64,000 nt of DNA from Candidatus Bathyarchaeota archaeon. Its GTDB lineage: Archaea; Thermoproteota; Bathyarchaeia; 40CM-2-53-6. The translations under genes and the position numbers were made by a program. The DNA is taken from contig CAWHWX010000012.1 in assembly GCA_963833125.1 (NCBI GenBank), forward strand, positions 97,572-161,571, written 5' to 3'. This document shows positions 1-8,301 of this stretch, piece by piece (the first letter of the stretch is position 1; every line of letters begins with the position of its first letter). The notes beneath the pieces were generated by a model. That model saw only the letters and a program-made list of their open reading frames with translations, ran no database searches and had not been told where the DNA came from.

Positions 1-589
1 AACAGCCCCTCAAGCAAAGCGAATTATCCCGCTTCCAAATCTGCCCGGTTCAACATTGGACACTCAGCAGCCGACCTCGATTGAGGCGGTAAATAGAGCT
101 AGAGAGTCATTGAAGGTGCTGAAACTTGAAAGACAGATCCTCGGTTCCGCTGTAACTACAATCTACGAATCCCACACCAAGGGCGTAATTAGTGAGGTCG
201 AGAGGGATCGGATGCTCGAGAAGTACAAGGTTGACCTCAAGAGGTTAGAGAAGGCTATACAAGAAAATCAGCAGATCGTCGATCTTCACGATCTAGAGAT
301 TGAGAGGGACGAGGTTGTTAAAGGCTTCAAAGCCAAACTTGCAGAGATCGACGCGAAACTCAAGGATCTCAAAGCAGGAACTTCTGCCGTGCCTGGGAAA
401 CCTGAACGGTCGGAAGGCAGTGGCGGCACGGTAAGCAATGGTGGAAGTCAACAGTCAAGTCACGACGAACAGTCGAAAAATAAGGAGGATGATCAGGGGA
501 TTACTGATTCGGAAAAGCGGATTGTACAGATTCGCGAGGAAATCCTCAAGGCTATGGATCGCCTTGAACAGATCGAAGCGGAAGGGTGA
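1..589 (+). CDS. Coiled-coil hypothetical protein, probably 5'-truncated by the window
   Basis: Frame is open back to the window start. Heptad-rich helical sequence; stop overlaps the rpiA start (GTGA). Confidence 0.75.
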   Translation, partial: TAPQAKRIIPLPNLPGSTLDTQQPTSIEAVNRARESLKVLKLERQILGSAVTTIYESHTKGVISEVERDRMLEKYKVDLKRLEKAIQENQQIVDLHDLEIERDEVVKGFKAKLAEIDAKLKDLKAGTSAVPGKPERSEGSGGTVSNGGSQQSSHDEQSKNKEDDQGITDSEKRIVQIREEILKAMDRLEQIEAEG

Positions 590-1284
590 ACTTGACTTCA
601 ATTGAGGAGGCTAAGCGGCGTGCCGTCCTCAAGGCGCTCCAACCCATAAAGAGTGGATGGATCATCGGGCTTGGGAGCGGAAGTACCACCGCTTACGCGC
701 TTGCGGAAATCGCAAGGTTATCGAGAGCAAGGCATTTCGAATTATCCGTTGTGCCGACATCGCATCAAATTGAGAATCTGGCAATCTCACATGGGCTGCG
801 AATCAAGACTATGAATGAGGCTCATACGGTCGATTACGCGATAGACGGTGCGGATCAGGTCGAGGTTCCGTCGCTTAACGTCATCAAGGGTGGGGGCGCC
901 GCTTTGTTGAGAGAAAAGGTGGTCGACTCGGCGGCGCATAAGCTAGCGATCGTTGTGGATGAAACTAAGATTGCCAAGCATCTGGGCGACAAGCAACCTA
1001 TTCCACTAGAAGTCTTCCCTTTTGCTTACAAGTCGGTTCAAGTAAAGCTCACAAACATGGGTGCACGCGCCCGCCTCCGTGAAAGCAGCGGAAAGGTCGG
1101 CCCAGTTATCACCGATAACGGGAACTTCATCCTGGACGCTGATTTCGGCAGAATAGAAAATGCGCTCCGGTTGGAACGACAGTTGAAGATGCTGCCTGGC
1201 TTGGTAGAAACAGGTCTCTTCTTGAAGATGGCTGACCGTGTGTACGTTGGCCGAGACGACGGAAGAGTGGACGTTCTCGAATGA
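586..1284 (+). CDS. rpiA: Ribose-5-phosphate isomerase A
   Basis: Motifs GLGSGSTT, DGADQV, IKGGGAALLREK and VITDNGN. Confidence 0.97.
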   Translation: MNLTSIEEAKRRAVLKALQPIKSGWIIGLGSGSTTAYALAEIARLSRARHFELSVVPTSHQIENLAISHGLRIKTMNEAHTVDYAIDGADQVEVPSLNVIKGGGAALLREKVVDSAAHKLAIVVDETKIAKHLGDKQPIPLEVFPFAYKSVQVKLTNMGARARLRESSGKVGPVITDNGNFILDADFGRIENALRLERQLKMLPGLVETGLFLKMADRVYVGRDDGRVDVLE

Positions 1285-1362
1285 GCCTCATCCTCAACCG
1301 CTAAAGTAGTTTACTATTCCCTAATCTCACAGCTCACGCAAATCGTAGAAATCGCAGTTGTA

Positions 1363-2592
1363 TTGCATCAGGAGCGGCGTCCGATTCTTCTAATTGCCGA
1401 GCTTTCTCATGCCAAGCATTTTAGGGGATCCGTGCTGGATATTAATTCGGCGTTAACGAGTTTGAGAGCACGCTCATTATTGCTGGCGTTAACTCTCTCC
1501 TTGGGTGTTCTTTTCCTCCTGGTTCCTGTGCACGCTCAAACGATCAGTGTATCGAACTTGCAGTACTCTCCTACTTCGGTCCTCGGGAGACAAATGACGG
1601 TTACATTCACGGTTAGCTATGATGGTGCAAGCGTCGGCAACTATCTTGTCGCCGGAATTTGGGATGTTCAAGCAAACAGTTTTGCTTTCGGTTCCACAAT
1701 TAGCTCCAACCCTTATTCTTGCCCGCAGACGACCGGAAGTTACAGTTGGGCCGCTGCTTGTGTTTATGCAATATCAGATCTGCAAGGGTCAGAAACGGTA
1801 AGTTTCTCTTTAGTGATCTTATCCCCAGGCAATTACCGGTTTCTTGCACTCGCAGGTTTGGAGGATAAGAACTCCAAAGTAATAGTTCGCACACCTAATG
1901 AGCAAACTACTGGTAACCCGAACGTATTTTCTGTGTCAGTGATAGACAAGTTCACGTTGGCTGTTAGTCTTCCTGACCAAGTTTCAGTAACCCTCGATGG
2001 CGTTCGAGAGGGTCCTGGGTCTATTGGCTTGCAGATGTTTACGGGTACGCATTACATCTCGGTTCCTGACATAGTTCAACTCAACCCGACTTCAAGGTTG
2101 AAGTTCAAAGGTTGGTCGGACGGCTCAAATCAGGCAACGAGGACATTTGACCTAGAAAGTGATTCAGAAATAGCGGCAACATACGTCACACAATATTTAG
2201 TGACTGCGACAACGGATTCGACGCTGCAATCAGGCTGGTACAATCAAGGTACAGTTCTACAGTTTACGGTTAACAACACTCAATTGGTTAACAATTATCG
2301 GCTGCTTCTGGGCGGATTTGACGGATGGTATAACAACGGTGAGTTGATAGCGATCTCGCCGAGCGCTTCGCTCACGATTGAGGGCCCTCTTACGGTAAGC
2401 GGTAGATGGAATTATCTGCCGTACATTCCTCTCTTGCTAATTGGGGTAATTGTAGCCATAATTCTGTTCTTTGCAAGGCGGAGGACTGTTCCTGCCCGAC
2501 GATCGCCTTTGCTCAAAACCTCAAGTCGTAGGCGGTCCAGTGAACGAACTAGAAAAACGAGGTCGAGGAGACGGCCGAAATCAAGGAAGTAA
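1363..2592 (+). CDS. Secreted, C-terminally membrane-anchored surface protein (true start probably downstream)
   Basis: Signal-like segment LLLALTLSLGVLFLLVPVHA, an FKGWSDG/GWY repeat unit like those in the 50654 protein, and a C-terminal TM helix with basic tail. Confidence 0.75.
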   Translation: MHQERRPILLIAELSHAKHFRGSVLDINSALTSLRARSLLLALTLSLGVLFLLVPVHAQTISVSNLQYSPTSVLGRQMTVTFTVSYDGASVGNYLVAGIWDVQANSFAFGSTISSNPYSCPQTTGSYSWAAACVYAISDLQGSETVSFSLVILSPGNYRFLALAGLEDKNSKVIVRTPNEQTTGNPNVFSVSVIDKFTLAVSLPDQVSVTLDGVREGPGSIGLQMFTGTHYISVPDIVQLNPTSRLKFKGWSDGSNQATRTFDLESDSEIAATYVTQYLVTATTDSTLQSGWYNQGTVLQFTVNNTQLVNNYRLLLGGFDGWYNNGELIAISPSASLTIEGPLTVSGRWNYLPYIPLLLIGVIVAIILFFARRRTVPARRSPLLKTSSRRRSSERTRKTRSRRRPKSRK

Positions 2593-2644
2593 AACCATCT
2601 AAGCCGATCAAAGGCCACATGTATTGTATTCGTTAGGTTCGGTT

Positions 2645-2663
2645 GTGGTGCCGGGGGCGTGGT
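2645..2663. repeat. Copy of the tRNA-Met 3' end (att-like direct repeat)
   Basis: GTGGTGCCGGGGGCG at 2645-2659 is identical to 4169-4183; 18/19 match when extended. Confidence 0.6.
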
Positions 2664-2781
2664 ATCTGCAAGTATTGTTTTTCCGTAGGCTTGTCTCCAC
2701 GGTTGGTGGATGATGGAACGAACTGACAGTCCCTCAATCCGAGGGAGAGTCTGGTCTCAATTCCCTCATATCGTCAGTGAC

Positions 2782-3393
2782 CTACGTCGATCTCGGCGAA
2801 AAACGATTTTTTGAGTTCGGCAACTGAAGCCACATTCCGCATGATTTTGCGTTTTCTTTCATAAGCCACTTTATACCGGGAAAACAACATAATCGTCGCT
2901 TTCCAGAATCAAGCATATCGCAAGCTTTCTCGATCCGGCGCCTGCGCGTTTCCGGTTGCTTGGCTGAGCTTATCGAGAAAATCCAGTCCCGGCGCGCCAT
3001 TGGTGTGATATCCGCCCACGATGCCTGCGCCAGCGGGACAGCCGCAAGGGCTTTGCGTAGATCCATTGGCACTCTGGTCTCCGGTTCTTCTCCGGCCCGC
3101 GTAATCTCCACTGTTACGGTGTCTCCAGCGTCTGCGCCTATAGCATCGTGCATGGCTTTGTTAACCCTGAGCCGGTGACTTCCTTTTCCGTTTGGTTCGA
3201 GAGCGGCTCGAAAAGGGACGCTATTGATAGTTCCCTCAACCATCGTCATACCTCGTGATGGAAGCTTCGCACTCGCGTTCTTGGGCAGAGTTAGAAGGGT
3301 CCACGATCCGCTCTTTTTGGTTGCCTTAGGTCGAGACAACTTGCCACTGAAGCGAATCGTTGATTGAGATGCTTGCCGCTTAGCCAGTTTCAT
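2782..3393 (-). CDS. DUF1905 + YdeI/OmpD-associated family protein
   Basis: SRGMTMVEGTIN...GDTVTVEI, then VPMDLRKAL...RRDWIFSISSAKQPETRRRRI. Confidence 0.85.
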   Translation of the reverse strand: MKLAKRQASQSTIRFSGKLSRPKATKKSGSWTLLTLPKNASAKLPSRGMTMVEGTINSVPFRAALEPNGKGSHRLRVNKAMHDAIGADAGDTVTVEITRAGEEPETRVPMDLRKALAAVPLAQASWADITPMARRDWIFSISSAKQPETRRRRIEKACDMLDSGKRRLCCFPGIKWLMKENAKSCGMWLQLPNSKNRFSPRST

Positions 3394-3617
3394 ATCGATT
3401 ATCTGATCGCTTTTTCTATTTTATTTTTCCCCCGGTCTCCCGGTTGAAGCTCCCTACACCCTCCCCACGTTCTTGGCGCAGTAAAAGGTTCGAATTGAAT
3501 GATCTGCTCACGACGTCATGAGTTCACATTTAGTCACCCGCGCCTACCCGCCCCGTGACACATAGGCCGAAAGCGTAATTAATTCAACCTAGCGACAACT
3601 CCGTTTGATGATGGAGC

Positions 3618-4028
3618 ATGGTCCATTTAGTTGATGAGGGCAGCGTGTTTGATGCCTCGATCGATAAGATTTGGAGATATCTATCGTCCGAAGACCACCG
3701 CCACCCTAGCTTCCAAAACGTAACGCGGGAAGTAACCGGAAACGTAGTCGTCATCACTTCCGAGCGGAAAATCATGGGTAACCTAGTGAAAGTGAAGATC
3801 AAGAACACTATCTATCCACCAATCGGGTACGTATCGGAACATCTCGAAGGTCCCACCGCAGGATCTCGATCCTTCCTCTACTATACCCCGATGGACGATA
3901 AGACGAAGGTGACAGTCGTCGGAGATTTCAAAATTGGTGGCCTCGACGAAAAGGCAACAAAGGATGCCGTCTTGGCGATGATGCAGGTCACCTTTGACGA
4001 GGATAACGATAACCTCAAACGAATGTAG
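3618..4028 (+). CDS. Hypothetical protein, SRPBCC/START-like
   Basis: N-terminal FDASIDKIWRYL pattern; clean ATG ORF. Confidence 0.65.
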   Translation: MVHLVDEGSVFDASIDKIWRYLSSEDHRHPSFQNVTREVTGNVVVITSERKIMGNLVKVKIKNTIYPPIGYVSEHLEGPTAGSRSFLYYTPMDDKTKVTVVGDFKIGGLDEKATKDAVLAMMQVTFDEDNDNLKRM

Positions 4029-4169
4029 TTAACTCCACGGTCGATGCTCTTCCGCCCCGAACTAAGCCGTTCCCGGACGGAGACCATTAAGCAGATCTTG
4101 CGTACCCGACCTAGACGAGCAAGCAAGCCGACGCCGGATAACCAACACCCCGGTAACAACAAGTATCGG

Positions 4170-4281
4170 TGGTGCCGGGGGCGGGGTTCGAACCCGCGGC
4201 TTCTGGGCCCACTGCTTTCCAGATTATGAGTTTCGTCCCACTAAGCCTGACTGGCGCTCTACCAGGCTGAGCCACCCCGGC
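4170..4281 (-). tRNA. tRNA-Met(CAT), elongator type, with two non-canonical introns (30/31 and 45/46)
   Basis: Removing 4232-4250 and 4201-4216 gives a 77-nt cloverleaf: GCCGGGG acceptor stem, CCAGA-CTCATAA-TCTGG anticodon arm, GCGGG-TTCGAAC-CCCGC T arm and encoded CCA. Confidence 0.92.
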
Positions 4282-4359
4282 ACGCGCCAGATGACCGGAA
4301 ATTAGGGTAAAAACGTTCCCAATCCGAAGTCGATAAGGCTGGAAAGGCATTAAGTAAAC

Positions 4360-5622
4360 ATGCCCGTATCATTGAAATCGTCGGTTGGCGTCGAATGGAT
4401 GGAGTTCCAATATCTAACTCTCGACGACTTCAACCTGCGAGACAAGGCTGTACTGTTAAGGTTAGACATCAACGCGCCACTTGACCCCAGCACTAATCAA
4501 ATTCTGGATGACGGAAGAATCGTTGCCGCCAAACCAACTTTGGACGCCTTGTCCGAAGCTAAGGTCGCCGTTCTTTCTCATCAGAGTCGGCCGGGGAGGG
4601 GAGATTTTACTTCTCTTGAGCTTCACGCCGGAATCCTACAGAAAATTTGCTCTCAGCGAGTTTCTTTCATAGACGATGTAATGGGGCCCGCCGCCCGGCA
4701 GGCGGTGAGGGATATGAGGAAAGGTGAGGTCGTGGTCTTGGATAACGTTCGGTTTTGTTCCGAGGAGATTCTGGAAGATAAGGCTGAGAAGCTCGCCAAC
4801 ACGAACCTCGTAAAACGGTTGGCGCCGTTGTTTGATCTTTACGTGAATGATGCGTTCGCGACGGCTCATCGATCGCAGGCTTCACTTGTCGGTTTCCCAT
4901 ACCTTCTCCCATCTGCGGCTGGGAAATTAATGGAGGGGGAGCTCTCCGCGATCGAGAAGCTTATGAGTAATCCAGCTCGGCCAATCACATACGTGCTCGG
5001 TGGTGCGAAGGTTGAGGATAAAGTTCCCGTGGTCGAAAACATACTATCGACAGGGAAAGCCGACCGCGTCCTAGTCGGAGGTAACGTAGCAAAAGTGTTT
5101 CTGAAAGCAACGGGTACGAAACTCGGTCAGGCGGATGAGGAAGAATTAGGAGCGGTAACTGACGAGGTGCTCAAAGCTAATCGCATCCTATCCAAGTACA
5201 GTAAACGGATCGTGTTGCCAACTGACTTCGGAACCTCAAGGGGCGGTAAGCGTGTGGACGAACCTGTTCGAAGATTGACGAAAGCTGATAGGGCCCTCGA
5301 CATCGGTTCTGAAACAGCTGAGAGATTCTCAGAGATTATTGCGGATTCAAAGACAATCGTGGCTTCGGGACCAATGGGCGTCTTCGAAGAAGACGGTTTC
5401 GAGAGTGGGACCAGAACTGTTCTACAGGCGATAGCAAACACCAACGCTTTCACGGTGATCGGCGGAGGCCACTTGGCAGGTTACGCGGGAATCCTCGGCA
5501 TCGCAGAGAGGCTGTCCCATGTGAGCACCGCTGGGGGCGCGATGCTTTCCCTCTTGGCCGGAGAAGAACTCCCCGCAATAACCGCTCTTGTTGCAGCCGC
5601 AAAACGTGAACGGCGGAAATAG
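4360..5622 (+). CDS. pgk: Phosphoglycerate kinase
   Basis: LRLDINAP, SHQSRPG, YVNDAFATAHRS, VLGGAKV and HVSTAGGA. Confidence 0.97.
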   Translation: MPVSLKSSVGVEWMEFQYLTLDDFNLRDKAVLLRLDINAPLDPSTNQILDDGRIVAAKPTLDALSEAKVAVLSHQSRPGRGDFTSLELHAGILQKICSQRVSFIDDVMGPAARQAVRDMRKGEVVVLDNVRFCSEEILEDKAEKLANTNLVKRLAPLFDLYVNDAFATAHRSQASLVGFPYLLPSAAGKLMEGELSAIEKLMSNPARPITYVLGGAKVEDKVPVVENILSTGKADRVLVGGNVAKVFLKATGTKLGQADEEELGAVTDEVLKANRILSKYSKRIVLPTDFGTSRGGKRVDEPVRRLTKADRALDIGSETAERFSEIIADSKTIVASGPMGVFEEDGFESGTRTVLQAIANTNAFTVIGGGHLAGYAGILGIAERLSHVSTAGGAMLSLLAGEELPAITALVAAAKRERRK

Positions 5623-5639
5623 TCTGGCCGGTCGTGAGA

Positions 5640-5647
5640 ATTTTAAG
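5640..5647 (+). promoter_or_regulatory. TATA box of tRNA-Thr
   Basis: ATTTTAAG preceded by purine-rich GAGA, about 25-30 nt upstream of the tRNA 5' end. Confidence 0.55.
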
Positions 5648-5671
5648 CACGAATGTTCATACTCGCGTTGC

Positions 5672-5779
5672 GCCTCGGTGGCTCAGCCTGGCAGATCAAA
5701 AATGACCAGAGAGCGGCCGCCTTGTAACAAAAGCCAAGAGAGCGGCAGGTCGCGGGATCGAATCCCGCCCGAGGCTCCA
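5672..5779 (+). tRNA. tRNA-Thr(TGT) with a D-arm intron and a canonical 37/38 intron
   Basis: Removing ~5694-5710 (17 nt) and 5727-5740 (14 nt) gives a 77-nt tRNA: GCCTCGG/CCGAGGC stem, GCCGC-CTTGTAA-GCGGC anticodon arm, U73 discriminator and CCA. Confidence 0.92.
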
Positions 5780-5817
5780 GAACACGAACCCGAGGCTCGG
5801 TGGCGATGTTCCTACTG

Positions 5818-5879
5818 GCCTAACGGCCAGTCGTTGGGCCGATTCACCTGGTTTAACACTTGGAGGCCCATTCATACCA
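5818..5879. repeat. Palindromic element, copy A
   Basis: GCCTAAC...GTTGGGCC-(23 nt)-AGGCCCATTCATACCA; resembles the elements after the PEF-CTERM genes. Confidence 0.55.
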
Positions 5880-5989
5880 CTTAGTAGAAATGGAGTAATA
5901 TTACCCTTTTCGACTGTATCTACAAGCCACCTTAAATACATAGTCGGTATATATGCATCTTCTAGATGAGTTCTGGAGGTGTTTGAGAG

Positions 5990-6070
5990 ATGGCGAAGAA
6001 ACGTAAGGTTAAGATGAAGTTAGGTACTGAGCACGACAAGAACGTTAGACAAGAGGAAATGGTAGCATAA
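5990..6070 (+). CDS. 26-aa basic micropeptide MAKKRKVKMKLGTEHDKNVRQEEMVA
   Basis: GGAGGTG RBS at 5975-5981, TTAAATA box near 5932, and a hairpin plus T-tract after the stop. Confidence 0.55.
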   Translation: MAKKRKVKMKLGTEHDKNVRQEEMVA

Positions 6071-6082
6071 GGCTACTAACCG

Positions 6083-6114
6083 AGGGCGACTTGATCGCCC
6101 TAATTTCTTTCTTT
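6083..6114 (+). terminator. Hairpin plus T-rich tract
   Basis: AGGGCGA-CTTGA-TCGCCCT followed by AATTTCTTTCTTT. Confidence 0.6.
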
Positions 6115-6201
6115 ATTGTATCAAGTTGTTAACTCAACATACCTGCTCCGAGTCGTAATCTGATGTCGAGAGTCGAATAAGGTCTTATTACCTTCCAAAA
6201 C

Positions 6202-6648
6202 GTGACCTACACTAGGGTTCTTTTCATGAGATTTGGAAAGGCTTGGGTAAAGTACGCCTTGCTTGTGGTGGCCGTTTTGGCCTTGACAACTACTATCATT
6301 CCTAGTGGTAGTTCACTGGCTCCGATGTTCGGGGGATGTGTAAGCCCCACCATTACGGAGTCTATAGCAACGACCGTGACAACATCAACTTCGCCGACGC
6401 CAGTTGCTGGGTTAACTGCCGTCTCTACTCTCTCATCCTTTCAAGTAACGAGCAGCTCTAGTAGCCCATCCTGTGATTTAGGTACTGGTGAAAACTTTCT
6501 GTTCATCCTTACCCTCGTTACCGTAGCGATTATTCTTGGAGTGCCCGTGGTCATTCCCGAATTTCCCTTCGGCCTATTCATACTTGCAATCCTCACGGTA
6601 CTTGCATACAGCATTATCCGACGTCGAACTCGAAACCTTAAAACCTAA
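6202..6648 (+). CDS. Secreted Ser/Thr-rich protein with PEF-CTERM-type sorting signal
   Basis: Signal peptide; C-terminus IPEFPFG-TM-RRRTRNLKT. Confidence 0.8.
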   Translation: MTYTRVLFMRFGKAWVKYALLVVAVLALTTTIIPSGSSLAPMFGGCVSPTITESIATTVTTSTSPTPVAGLTAVSTLSSFQVTSSSSSPSCDLGTGENFLFILTLVTVAIILGVPVVIPEFPFGLFILAILTVLAYSIIRRRTRNLKT

Positions 6649-6718
6649 ACTGAGTTAAGTTCGTTTGGCCGAAGCGTGAGCGCAGGCCCAATCGTTCCAG
6701 TACATTCACGATAATGCT
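6643..6718. repeat. Palindromic element, copy B
   Basis: ACCTAAAC...GTTTGGCC...AGGCCCAATCGTTCCAGTACATTCACGATAATGCT. Confidence 0.75.
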
Positions 6719-6777
6719 TCTCGACACGTTACGTTATATAGATATGGCTTCCTCACATTGAGTGGCTTGGGGAGCTT

Positions 6778-7266
6778 ATGGTTCAAAGATTCAGGTTGAT
6801 TGCCGTTGCGATACTGGCAATCGTTGCGTTTACGGTCATGTTGAATGTGGGCAATGTTTACGCCCAGACGGTTGTCCTAACCCCGAACCCTGTCACCGCA
6901 GGTACATCTGTTATGGCAACTGGAAGCGCGTTTCCTTCAGGCGATACAGGAGCACTTACGTTGTATCAAGTCAACACGGGTGCTTGCTCGGGTTTGGTGT
7001 TCGGCCCCGTGTTGCCGTTTACTGTCAGTGGCGGTGGAGGTTTCGTGATTAGTGGTATATCCACGACGGGTCTGTCTGTTGGGTCACACTGTGTTGCTGT
7101 AGGCTACACTAATGGCGAGGTCAACTCTGCTCTCTTCCTTGTCTTGACCGTTAACGCACCCGCGCCACCAATCCCTGAGTATCCTTTCGGACTACCTTTA
7201 CTCGCAATATTTACGATAATTGGGTACGGCCTAGTCAGACGAAAGACTCGAAACGATAAAGCCTAA
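6778..7266 (+). CDS. Secreted protein with PEF-CTERM-type sorting signal
   Basis: Signal peptide (..NVYA/Q), Ig/IPT-like segment, and PIPEYPFG-TM-RRKTRNDKA. Confidence 0.85.
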   Translation: MVQRFRLIAVAILAIVAFTVMLNVGNVYAQTVVLTPNPVTAGTSVMATGSAFPSGDTGALTLYQVNTGACSGLVFGPVLPFTVSGGGGFVISGISTTGLSVGSHCVAVGYTNGEVNSALFLVLTVNAPAPPIPEYPFGLPLLAIFTIIGYGLVRRKTRNDKA

Positions 7267-7306
7267 GTTGCGTAAACGGTTGGGCCGTCGAGGCCCAATC
7301 ATTCCA
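7261..7306. repeat. Palindromic element, copy C
   Basis: GCCTAA...GTTGGGCC-GTCG-AGGCCCAATCATTCCA. Confidence 0.7.
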
Positions 7307-7424
7307 ATGGAAAATCCAATTCATCTTAGTGAAGCGAAACATTGCTGTTCCAACTCGAAGCTAGTGATGATTAGAAATAAGTCATAATAGGTTCAGGAAT
7401 CAAGCTCTGCTGGGGTCCTCGTTC

Positions 7425-7898
7425 TTGAGATATGGAACGGTCGGGTTTGGTTTACTACTTGTCATTCTGCTCGTTTTGGTCGCAGGCTACTCGACGCAGA
7501 TATTGGAAGTCGCTGCAGATGGAGCGTGTGCTAATGTTCTTTTTTCCTCTTCAGAACAGAACGGAGTTACCAGCAATCTTGGAACAATAACTGCATTCGG
7601 CGACGAAATGGTGCTTCCAAGAACTCGTGGACCTTGTCCTGGAAGTTACCCGATAGTATACACGCCTGCCGGAGGCTACATTTTTGTAAGCTGGCAGACA
7701 ACTGGCGGCTGCAGTGTAGCAGATGTTAACGCCGCATCTACGACATTGATTGTTGTCTCGGATTGCTCAGTGACTGCGATTTACAGTGTGGCACCACCAC
7801 CGATACCTGAATACCCAATCGGCCTACCAATCATAGCAATCCTCGCGATAATCGGTTACAGTTTAGTTAAACGTCGAACAAGAAACTATAGCACCTAG
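7425..7898 (+). CDS. Secreted Cys-containing protein with PEF-CTERM-type sorting signal
   Basis: Signal peptide, YIFVSWQTTGG repeat-like motif, and PIPEYPIG-TM-KRRTRNYST. Confidence 0.85.
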   Translation: MRYGTVGFGLLLVILLVLVAGYSTQILEVAADGACANVLFSSSEQNGVTSNLGTITAFGDEMVLPRTRGPCPGSYPIVYTPAGGYIFVSWQTTGGCSVADVNAASTTLIVVSDCSVTAIYSVAPPPIPEYPIGLPIIAILAIIGYSLVKRRTRNYST

Positions 7899-7953
7899 AT
7901 TTCAAGCGACTGGGCCACAGGCCAAATCGTTCAAGTACATTCACGATAATGCT
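7893..7953. repeat. Palindromic element, copy D
   Basis: ACCTAG...CTGGGCCACAGGCCAAATCGTTCAAGTACATTCACGATAATGCT; the last 36 nt match copy B with 2 mismatches. Confidence 0.75.
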
Positions 7954-8176
7954 AGGTCTCTTCGACCTGTCCTTTGGAATACATCGCGCGACCTACAGGT
8001 ACTGAAGCAGTGGCTCCGCATGAGCACTCGTAGTTTTCATAAAGAATTCTCAACAGTGAAGAAGGAAATCTGCCCTCAATGGGGCCATCCATAGTTTGCT
8101 GGGTGGTTGATTCCTCGTGCAGATTAAGAGACATCGGGTTTCCGCATGCTGGACAGTTTGGGATTTTCTTAGGCAT
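7952..8176 (-). CDS. Small Zn-finger-like protein (CPAC...CSC)
   Basis: CPACG and YECSCG motifs; TTTTATA about 25 nt upstream. Confidence 0.6.
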   Translation of the reverse strand: MPKKIPNCPACGNPMSLNLHEESTTQQTMDGPIEGRFPSSLLRILYENYECSCGATASVPVGRAMYSKGQVEET

Positions 8177-8301
8177 GAAGTAAAATTGCTCCGGTCGCTA
8201 TAAAACAGTTAGCGTGAGACTTTCGGGTCATCTCTGTTCTGGAAAATCGTTTCGGTTGGGAAAGGCATTTAAGCCCATGTAGCTGCGTGTAACTGATTTC
8301 A

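Noticed and set aside
3533-3568. Possible H-type pseudoknot (GTCAC/GTGAC with GCCTA/TAGGC)
   Set aside because: Only 5-bp stems, a single copy, and no recognisable ribozyme or riboswitch core.
4044-4350. ORFs overlapping tRNA-Met, considered as a split SSV-type integrase fragment
   Set aside because: They are translations of the tRNA; no tyrosine recombinase motifs are visible.
5588-5941. ORFs spanning tRNA-Thr
   Set aside because: Shadow ORFs of the tRNA and repeat.
5818-7953. Repeats considered as a CRISPR array or canonical integron attC sites
   Set aside because: Spacing is gene-sized and no cas or intI gene is present. The R''-R' distance (~22-28 nt) is too short for canonical attC, so they are kept only as an unexplained element.
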